Of a stretch of 49,702 nt of DNA, positions 27,696 to 35,700 are shown in pieces. The stretch covers positions 1 to 49,702 of IMG/VR virus record IMGVR_UViG_3300043765_000026; one strand, 5' to 3'. The position numbers were made by a program, and so were the translations under genes. The stretch comes from a virus (lineage: Duplodnaviria > Caudoviricetes). Each line of letters opens with the position of its first letter. Position 1 is the first letter of the stretch. Below the pieces are notes generated by a model. That model had not been told where the DNA came from. It searched no databases and worked only from the letters and a program-made list of their open reading frames with translations.

Positions 27696-28063
27696 TGGCC
27701 GGCGCCCCGATCCCGCCGGGCGGACCCGGCTATGTCGTCCCGCCCTACCAGCCGCCGGGGCCGCAATCGGCGGTCGGAACGCCGCAAGGCGCCAACTGGG
27801 CGGCGATCGCGCAGTCGATCCAGATCATCCAGACGACGCTCAACGCGATCCTGGCGCAACTGAAGGCGGGGATCTCGACGACCTCGCCGGTGCAGACCTT
27901 CGCCTTTGCCGGTCTGCCCAGCGCCACGGCAAACCCCGGGCTGGTGGTGTTCTGTTCTAACGCGCTGAAGCCCGGTCAGGGAACCGGCGCCGGGACGGGT
28001 ATGCTGGCGTTCTCGGATGGGCATAATTGGATCTCGACGGCGGGAACCACACTGGCGAGTTAA
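27695..28063 (+). CDS. Small tail-associated protein
   Basis: TGATG overlap; LPSA...G..VF.SN...AFSDG.NW. Confidence 0.6.
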   Translation: MAGAPIPPGGPGYVVPPYQPPGPQSAVGTPQGANWAAIAQSIQIIQTTLNAILAQLKAGISTTSPVQTFAFAGLPSATANPGLVVFCSNALKPGQGTGAGTGMLAFSDGHNWISTAGTTLAS

Positions 28064-28066
28064 GCG

Positions 28067-28321
28067 ATGGCAGAGCTCACGATCGTCCAGACCCTCGAGA
28101 ACCACCTGGGCGAGGCGTATCTCAAGACGATGGGCGGGCAGAAGCGGGACGCGGCGGCGGCGGTCAGGGCCGTGCTCGAGGCCGATCCCGCGCTGAAGGC
28201 GGCGGCGCAGGAGCGCTTCAAGCAATTGACCGATTTGATCGCGGTGCGCGGGCGCCAGTGCTGCGTGGTTTCGGCGACGTCGTTTGATGTATTGTCCCTG
28301 GCGCTGCAGGAGCCGCGCTGA
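28067..28321 (+). CDS. Hypothetical protein
   Basis: In the gene run; TGATG overlap with the next gene. Confidence 0.5.
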   Translation: MAELTIVQTLENHLGEAYLKTMGGQKRDAAAAVRAVLEADPALKAAAQERFKQLTDLIAVRGRQCCVVSATSFDVLSLALQEPR

Positions 28322-28848
28322 TGTCGTCGAACTACAACCCGCCCCCGGGATTGCCCGGTAATCTCTCGCCGATCACCCCGGTCCTGGGCCAGCGCAACAA
28401 GTTCGTGCCGGTGGCCGGCGGCCGGCTGCAGGTCGATCTCGGGGGCGAGATCGTCTCGACCCTTGTCGAAGAGGTCATCAGTCGCGATGTTGTCGTCTGC
28501 AAGATCAACTCGATCGTGGTCGACAAGTCTAACCACGGCTACAAGACCGGGCAGACGGTCCCGGTCAGGCGCGGGTTCAACGGCCTCACCGAAACCTGGG
28601 AGGTGATGAACGACCGGGCGATCCGCGACGCCGAGGCGGTCGAGCGGGCCAGACGGGCCGAGCACGAGCGCCTCGAGGAAGAGCGCCAGGCGCGCGAGGC
28701 CAAGGCGGAAATACCAGAGCAACCGGCGGCGTCTCCATCCGCGCCGGATGCATCGGCGGAGGAGTTGGCAGCCCCGCCGGCAGAGCCCCGGCATCGCAAG
28801 GTGCCGGGGCCACGCCGCCTCACCTTGAAGGTGCAGGCGCATGGCTGA
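28321..28848 (+). CDS. Hypothetical protein
   Basis: SD AGGAG; GC-rich third positions. Confidence 0.6.
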   Translation: MSSNYNPPPGLPGNLSPITPVLGQRNKFVPVAGGRLQVDLGGEIVSTLVEEVISRDVVVCKINSIVVDKSNHGYKTGQTVPVRRGFNGLTETWEVMNDRAIRDAEAVERARRAEHERLEEERQAREAKAEIPEQPAASPSAPDASAEELAAPPAEPRHRKVPGPRRLTLKVQAHG

Positions 28849-29173
28849 GAAACCCGACCAATTCCACGTGGAATTTAGCCCGCGTATCCCCTGGACATCG
28901 ATGAAGGAACTGCCGCCGCTCAACGCGCCATCCCAGGCCGCGCTCGACCGGGCGCTTGAGAACATGGAGATCGCGGCGGCACTCGCATTGAAGGTGCAGC
29001 AGGCATGCGGGGTGCCCAAGGAATATCTGACAGAGGGCACCCGGAACAGCGACGTCATCGCCCGGCATGCCGTACGCGAGGCATGGGATCGCCTGTTGCT
29101 GACTTATGGCAAGAAAGCGGACAGCGAACCCGACATTCTTGCCATAACCCGCGACGTCGCCAGGGAGAGGTAG
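28841..29173 (+). CDS. Hypothetical protein (5' end contains a parS-like palindrome)
   Basis: Overlaps the upstream stop and abuts the next ATG. Confidence 0.55.
   Translation: MAEKPDQFHVEFSPRIPWTSMKELPPLNAPSQAALDRALENMEIAAALALKVQQACGVPKEYLTEGTRNSDVIARHAVREAWDRLLLTYGKKADSEPDILAITRDVARER
28860..28875. promoter_or_regulatory. parS-like perfect palindrome AATTCCACGTGGAATT
   Basis: Third exact copy. Confidence 0.7.
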
Positions 29174-30790
29174 ATGCCGCCCGTATCGCAGCAGCAGCGC
29201 AGGCTAATGTGGGCCGCAGCTTCGACCCCCGGCGGTGTCGGCGGCGTCAGCCAGAAGGTGGGCAAGGAGTTCGCCGAGGCCGATCCCGGCGGCAAGCTGC
29301 CGAAGTACGTGAAGCCCAAGAAGGCAGTGGGCGGCGAGGTCCGCCAGCCACCGCAGATCCACATCCATCTGCCCGCGCCGCCACCGATCATCATGCTGGC
29401 ACGTCATCCAGGGGGACCTGGCGAAGAGGAGGGGCCGCACGAGCACAAAGCGTTCGGCGGCCCCCCGACCTTGGGCGCGTTGCACTTGCCTCACGCCAGC
29501 GAGGATCCGATCAAGGCGGGCCTGCCGGCGCATATCAAGGCACCGGCGATGCCCAAGGACGCGGGGGTGAGCGGCCTGGGCGGCATGGGGGTGAAGCCGA
29601 TCAGCGGTGGCGGTGGCGGTGGCGGTGGCGGCATGGGTCGCGCCGGCGGGATGTCGATGAGCCAGGAGAACCCGTGGTGGGAGCGCTCGGAAGCCCGTCA
29701 CCTGCAGGGAGGTGGCGGCGCCGTCTCGCAGGATAGCGGCGACGACCCCAACCCCGACCCCGACGAGCCGCCGAAGGCGATAATGATGCCCACCGGCCGC
29801 GGTTTTATCCAAGCCGCCCGTGACACGCTGGTCAACCAGCCGCGTGACCCGGTCGAGCAGGTCTTCAACAATCTCGGCGCGGCGTTCGGTAACCACCCGT
29901 GGGGCGCACCGATACCCGATGAGCTTAACCTTCCCCAATACCAGACGCCGTTCGTCAAGATGGTCGACAGGTTTACCGGCGACGTCCAACAATCGGTGAC
30001 GGGGTCGCGCCCGTCAGAGAACCCGCCGCCGCCCGACACCGGGAAGTTCCGGCGCTTTGAGCGTCCCGGCGTGCGCGAGGTCGAAGGCGGGCGTCTGGTC
30101 AATTCGACGGTCGGACCGATAACCGACGACGAGGTCGCGGCCAGCGCCGACACCGCGCAGAAGGCCGGCGGGCGCACGCACCTCCAGGAAGGCGGCATGT
30201 CGATGTCGCAGGAAAACCCCTGGTGGGAGCGGGCCGACGCCAACCAGATCAACGACGTGCCGTTCCACCAGGGCGGGATGATCGGCGGCACCGGCGGCGG
30301 GCGCACCGACCGCTTGCCGCTGGTGGTGCCCGCCGAGGCCCACGTCATCCCAGCTGACGTGATGTCGGCGTTGGGCCAGGGCAATTCGGCGCATGGCGGT
30401 CCGGTGCTCGAGGCCGCGCTGGGTGGCGGCACCGGGCCCTACAACACCAAGATCCCCGCGGCGCATATCGCGCACACCATCCCTCGCCCGCCTCCGGTGC
30501 CCAGAGGGGCGATCTCCGAGATTGCCGAAGGCGGCAGGATGCACGAGCCGACCTCGATCCTTGCGGCCTCGGGTGAGTTCGTGGTGCGCCCGGACCAGGT
30601 CGAGGCGCTGGGCAAGCGGGCGATCCAGCAAGGCATGGCGAAGAAGGGCGAGGACCCGATCATGGCCGGGCACCGGCTCCTCGACGAAATGATCGCCAAT
30701 GTCAGGAAGTTCCAGATCCAGTGGCTGAAGCAGGCGCCGCCGCCGAAGAAGAAGGATGGCGGCGCGGTCGGCGGCATGGGGCTGCATTGA
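29174..30790 (+). CDS. Putative internal virion protein with x-x-GG repeats and two 'GRTD..P..HVIPADV / SGEFVV.PD.V' units
   Basis: SD GGAGAGG; N-terminal MP.VSQQQRRLMWAAA..VGKEFAEAD; duplicated GGMSMSQENPWWER. Confidence 0.75.
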   Translation: MPPVSQQQRRLMWAAASTPGGVGGVSQKVGKEFAEADPGGKLPKYVKPKKAVGGEVRQPPQIHIHLPAPPPIIMLARHPGGPGEEEGPHEHKAFGGPPTLGALHLPHASEDPIKAGLPAHIKAPAMPKDAGVSGLGGMGVKPISGGGGGGGGGMGRAGGMSMSQENPWWERSEARHLQGGGGAVSQDSGDDPNPDPDEPPKAIMMPTGRGFIQAARDTLVNQPRDPVEQVFNNLGAAFGNHPWGAPIPDELNLPQYQTPFVKMVDRFTGDVQQSVTGSRPSENPPPPDTGKFRRFERPGVREVEGGRLVNSTVGPITDDEVAASADTAQKAGGRTHLQEGGMSMSQENPWWERADANQINDVPFHQGGMIGGTGGGRTDRLPLVVPAEAHVIPADVMSALGQGNSAHGGPVLEAALGGGTGPYNTKIPAAHIAHTIPRPPPVPRGAISEIAEGGRMHEPTSILAASGEFVVRPDQVEALGKRAIQQGMAKKGEDPIMAGHRLLDEMIANVRKFQIQWLKQAPPPKKKDGGAVGGMGLH

Positions 30791-31326
30791 AGGAGAACCC
30801 GACCTCTGTCCGCATCGCCACCCATCACGACGAGAGGAAGCTCTTAAACCTCTTGATCGAGCTCCACCGCGACAACAACGACGGGTGGGGCATCCCCTAC
30901 GATGTCGGCGTCATCATGCGCCGCATCGAGCAAGGGACGCGGCAGGACCCGGCGCAGCGCAGTGACCCGGGCGACCAGTGGCGGGCGGTGCATGGGGTGA
31001 TCGACAGCCCCGACGGCCAGCGCATCGACGCCTCGATCGGCTGCTTCATCCTGCCGATCACCTGGTACTCCAACTGGGTCAGCATTACCGAGCTCTGGGT
31101 CTATGTGCGCGAGGAAGAGCGCGGGCAGGGTCTCGAGGAAGAGTTGGCGCAGTTCGGGCTGTGGGTGCGCGAGCGGCTGCGCGATCCCGACCAGGCGTTC
31201 TTCCCGATGGTCACCGGCTTTCTCGAGGGCGGCAAACGCGACATGCGGCTGATGGAGCGCCTGTGGCCGAAGATCTGGGGCCCGAAGGCAAAGAAGATCG
31301 GGGTACTCTACTGGGTCGACGAATAG
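30787..31326 (+). CDS. GNAT-fold acetyltransferase-like protein
   Basis: TTGA overlap; VRIAT..D at the N-terminus; ELWVYVREEERGQG resembles the acetyl-CoA-binding motif A. Confidence 0.6.
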   Translation: MKENPTSVRIATHHDERKLLNLLIELHRDNNDGWGIPYDVGVIMRRIEQGTRQDPAQRSDPGDQWRAVHGVIDSPDGQRIDASIGCFILPITWYSNWVSITELWVYVREEERGQGLEEELAQFGLWVRERLRDPDQAFFPMVTGFLEGGKRDMRLMERLWPKIWGPKAKKIGVLYWVDE

Positions 31327-31400
31327 CGCGCGGGTCCCATGCCACCGCGCGCGGCTGTGCGGGAGTGACCGTCCTAATTGAGCGCACAGAGCCCGCGGAG

Positions 31401-31450
31401 TAGACGGCTCGCGGCGGGCGATCCGCTATAATCGTCGCAAATAAAAACTA
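31401..31450 (+). promoter_or_regulatory. Putative promoter of the GH16 gene
   Basis: Perfect TATAAT at 31427-31432 in a GC-rich genome, A-rich leader; -35 is weak. Confidence 0.5.
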
Positions 31451-31482
31451 AAGGGAAGGCACCAACCACAGGAGATACCGAC

Positions 31483-32703
31483 ATGGCACAAGGTCGCACA
31501 CCCCCTCCCGGTCAAGGCGGCAAGCCGCCTGGCCCCTCGCGCATGGCTCGGCACCCGATGCCGTCTGCCAGAGCCAAACGAATACCCCTTGCCCCCGGTC
31601 TGTTATGCCCGCCGGGGATGCCGCCAATTCCCGACGATCCCAGTCAGATTATCCCGCCACCCGAAGGCGGCGGCTGGGGCTGGGCGCCGGTTTATGGCTG
31701 GGGCTGGTTCCCGATGTCGCATGGGTCGATGCCTCCGCAACAGCCGCCGGGAGGCGGCGAGACCCCGCCGGACCCTCCGGTGGAACCTCCGGGTGGTGGC
31801 GGAGGTGGTGGTGGCGGCTCGCCCCCCATCGAGGGCGTTTCCGTCCTCTTGTTTGAGGACACCTTCCAGGGCGGCAAGCTCAACCAGGACAACTGGTGGA
31901 CGCGTTACATCTACACCGGGCCCGACGGCCCCGGGACGCTTGACTACCTCAACGACGAAGTCGAGCGCTTCCGTGAGAGCGGCAACCAGGTGTTCGCGGG
32001 AGGCCGCATGGCTTCCGACGGCGGGGTGCAACTGACCGCGCTGCCGCAACGCGACGGCTGGTGGTATCCAAGCGGCATGCTGCGCTCGAAAGAATTGTTC
32101 GATCTGGCGGGCGGCAAGCGGTTCCTCTTTGAGTGCCGCGCCAAGGTGCCGGCCGGCAAGGGCGTGTGGCCGGCGTTCTGGCTGAGTGGTGACGCCGCCC
32201 AGCCGGGCAATGTCGACAGCGTCTTCTGGCCCCCCGAGATCGACATCATGGAGATCGCAAACAACACCATCGAGGACACCACTTGGATGTGTGGGATGCG
32301 CTGCCAGGTGCTCGACTGGGACCGCAACCCGCAGCGCTACACCCTGACCGAGGCGGTCGAGGGCTACAGCTTCGACTTCACCGTGTGGTACGCGCCGTTT
32401 GACTTCGCCGCCGACTACCACACGTTCCAACTGCTTTACGAGCGCCCCAACATCACCTTCCTGTGCGATGGGGCACCTATTGTTCGGGGCACTTACGACT
32501 GGGTATGGGACAGCGGTGAAGCGGCACCGCCGGCGCATGTGCTGTGTAATCTGGCGATCGGCGGCAACTGGGCGGGCCGGCACGGGATCGACGACAGCGC
32601 CTTCCCGCAGTCGCTCGATGTCGAGTTCATCCGGGTCTGGTGCTCGGAGGACATCCGGCCGCTGCCGAAGAACACGATCGGTCACGACTACGAGATCGGC
32701 TAA
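31483..32703 (+). CDS. Glycoside hydrolase family 16 (laminarinase/beta-glucanase-like) with Pro/Gly-rich N-terminus
   Basis: SGMLRS, FECRAKVPAGKGVWPAFWL, catalytic WPPEIDIME, YHTFQL, NLAIGGNW, DVEFIRVW. Confidence 0.9.
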   Translation: MAQGRTPPPGQGGKPPGPSRMARHPMPSARAKRIPLAPGLLCPPGMPPIPDDPSQIIPPPEGGGWGWAPVYGWGWFPMSHGSMPPQQPPGGGETPPDPPVEPPGGGGGGGGGSPPIEGVSVLLFEDTFQGGKLNQDNWWTRYIYTGPDGPGTLDYLNDEVERFRESGNQVFAGGRMASDGGVQLTALPQRDGWWYPSGMLRSKELFDLAGGKRFLFECRAKVPAGKGVWPAFWLSGDAAQPGNVDSVFWPPEIDIMEIANNTIEDTTWMCGMRCQVLDWDRNPQRYTLTEAVEGYSFDFTVWYAPFDFAADYHTFQLLYERPNITFLCDGAPIVRGTYDWVWDSGEAAPPAHVLCNLAIGGNWAGRHGIDDSAFPQSLDVEFIRVWCSEDIRPLPKNTIGHDYEIG

Positions 32704-32711
32704 CACCGGAC

Positions 32712-32742
32712 GGGGCGGAGCCCTCTGGTTCCGCCCCATTTG
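32712..32742 (+). terminator. Hairpin terminator after GH16
   Basis: GGGGCGGAGCC-CTCT-GGTTCCGCCCC, an 11-bp stem 8 nt after the stop; short U tract. Confidence 0.6.
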
Positions 32743-32743
32743 G

Positions 32744-32768
32744 TAATCACAGGAAAAAAAGGTAGTTT
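32744..32768 (+). promoter_or_regulatory. Putative promoter motif ATCACAGGA-N8-TAGTTT
   Basis: Same core and spacing as 8111 and 18778; upstream of the 2134-aa gene. Confidence 0.5.
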
Positions 32769-32792
32769 AATCGCCTCCTGACGGGGGCGCGC

Positions 32793-35700
32793 ATGAGCGG
32801 CGGCGGCGGTTCAACCCAGCAAACGACAACTCAATCGGGCCCACCGCCACAGGTCCTGGCGAATTACCAGCAACTGACCGGGGCGGCGACCTCGCTGATG
32901 GGGAACCCGCTCAACTTCTACGGCGGGCCGATGGTCGCCGGCTTTACGCCGGACCAGCAGGCCGGGTTCAGCGCCACCGAGCAAGCCGCCGGGTCCGCGG
33001 CCCCGTTCATCAACGCCGCCGCGCAGGAGTTCGGTCAGGCGACGACCCCCTTGTGGAACCAGTTGCCCAACATCAGCGGCCAGATGCCGACCTTGGGCAA
33101 CCAGGGTGCGCAGGGCATCACCAGCGGCATGACGAGCGCCGGCACCGCCGGCGGGATCGCCGCGGGTATTCCGGGCGCGGTTTCGCCCTACCAGGCGGCG
33201 GGCACGAGCTACAACGTCAACCCGTATCTGTCACCCTACACGCAGAACGTCACCAGCGCGCTGCAGGGCTTGTTCAACCAGCAGAACGCGACGCAGCAAT
33301 CCCAGGTCATGGGCAACGCCGCGGCGGCGGGAGCGCTGGGCGGCGATCGCCAGGCGGTGGCCCAGGCGCTGACCGCCGGGCAGCAGCAGACGACCGAAGC
33401 GCCGACGATGGCGAACGTGCTGCAGTCGGGGTTCCAGCAGGCGCAGCAGGAAGCCAACACCCAGCAAGGCTTGCAACTGCAGGCGGGGCAACTGGGGCTG
33501 GCCGGTCAACAGGCGGCGCTGCAGGGCACCTTGGGGGCCGGACAACTGGCATTAGGGGCCGGACAGGCCGGATATGGCGAGTTCAACCAGCAGCAGCAGC
33601 AGCAACTGGCGGCGAACGAGGCCAATGCGTGGCTGGGGTCGCAGGCCGGGTTCGGCCTGGCCTCCTTGGGCCAGGAAGCTCAGACCACGGGCCTCCAGGG
33701 CGCCGGTGCGCTTGAAGGCATCGGCGGGATGCAGCAGCAGCTGGCGCAGGAGCAACTCAATATCCCGGCGCAGCAATTCGCCGCGACGCAAGCCTACCCG
33801 TACCAGCAACTGGGGTTCCTGTCGCCGATCGTCGAAGGGACAGGGTCGCTGTCGGGCGGGCAGAGCAGCACGACCTATCCCGGCCAGAGCACCGCCTCGC
33901 AGATCGCCGGTCTGGGGCTCACCGGGCTTGGCGCCTACGGCATGCTCAACAACGCCGGAGTGTTCGGCGGCGGCGGCAGCGACTTCGGCGGCTCGGTGGC
34001 CGAGGACTTCGGCGGCGGCGGCGATGTCGCGGCGGGTTTTGCCCCGATATCGGCCAAGCGCGGCGGGCGCATCGCGCTGCGTGGCGGTTTTGCGGGGGGC
34101 GGTGGCGTGGGCGGCATGGGGATGCCTGCCGTGCCGTCGGTCAGCGACCCGTTGATCCCCAACCTGACCGGGCCGTTCCAGACCGGCGCGGCTGGTGCCG
34201 GTGGCGGGGCGGACATGCTGCCGAAGGTGGAGAGCGACATTTCGAGCATGGGCAGCATGGGGATCCCGGGGGCGCCGCTCGACATCAACCTCGGGTACAT
34301 CCCGCAGGCCGGGCCGCCGAAGCCGGGTCAGGGCGGCAACCTCAGTCCGATGCAGCCCGACGTCAGCCAGACCACGACGACGCAGACCGCCGGAGCCGGC
34401 CCTCTGAGCTTCCTCGGGCCGTTGCTCAGCATCGGCAAGTTCGCGGCCGGGTTCTTGAAGGAAGGCGGACGCCCCGGTTTTGACGATGGCGGTGACGCTT
34501 CGTCCGGCTCGACCCCCGGCATGGGCGGCGACCTGACCGATCCCACCAGCGGCGGCATGGGGTTGCCCAAGGTGCTGAAGGCGGGGAGCGCGCTCGATGA
34601 GCTCGTGCATCCCGGCCCGGCGGTGCGGGGAAGCGGCCCGCCAGCGCCACCCCAGGTGCCGGCGGGTGCCGGTGGTCAGGGCGGGTTCGGTCTGCCGCAG
34701 GCGCAGAGCCTGCTTGGCGGGATGAAACAGGTGAGCGGGATGTTCGGCAAGGGCTCGGGCTCGAGCTCGTCCAGTGACGGCGCGGCCGGTGACTTCGGCG
34801 GCGGACCGGACGGGCAGGCCAGAGGCGGGCGCCCGCGGCGCCAGGCCGGCGGGGCGGAGTTCGCCGGCGCGTCCCAGGTGCCGATCTCGGTCGCCTCGCA
34901 GTTCGGTGGGGCGCCGCCGACGATGACGATGGCGCTGCAGAACCTGCAGGAGCAATCGCTTGAGCGGTTGCAGGAAATGGCGTCGCAGTTCCCGCCGACC
35001 TCGCAGCAAGGGCAGATGATCGCTCGGGCGATCGCGATGAAGAAGGGCTCGCCCGGAACCGGCACCACGCCGGCAGGGCTGCAACCCCCCTCCGCCGGCG
35101 GCATGGGGCTGGGCGCGCTTGCCGCGAGCCCGGCGCAGACCGCGGCCGGTCCGCAGCAGTCCGGGGGCAGTTTCGGCGGCACCTCGCACATCCAGGGCGA
35201 GGCCGAGGGCGGGGCGGTCGACGGCGAGCCCGGCTTTGTCACCCCGGACGAGCTCGACCCGACGCCGCAGGTCGATCACAGCGGCCCGACCGTCAGGGTG
35301 CATTACCGCTCCGAAGGGCACTCATTGGATCTGGGCCTGCCGTCGGTGCCGGAAGCCGCCGACCACGAGCCCGACGACGCCTTCGCCCAGCCGGGGCACC
35401 TCCACCGGGTGGTCGGCGGCAGCACGTCGGAGAACACCTTTGCTGCGCCGGTCACCGCACCGAACGGCATCCAGTTGCCGCAACTCAACACCACCGACAT
35501 CGGCACCCTGGCGACCAAGGATCCGCTGACCGGCGGCAATTACACCGCCGGCGGCGGCTCGGGGAACTGGATGGCGCCGTTGGCGCAGTGGCAACCGCCG
35601 GGGACGTACCTCGACAAGGCCACCGGCTCGATGGTCTTCCCGTCCTTCAGCGGGTTTGTGCCGGGCATGGCGCCGATCGCCTCGGCTTACGGCTTTAACA

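Noticed and set aside
31463-31476. Fourth AACCACAGGA copy before GH16
   Set aside because: Overlaps the SD (AGGAGA) and lacks the downstream AT-rich hexamer, so not counted as a promoter motif
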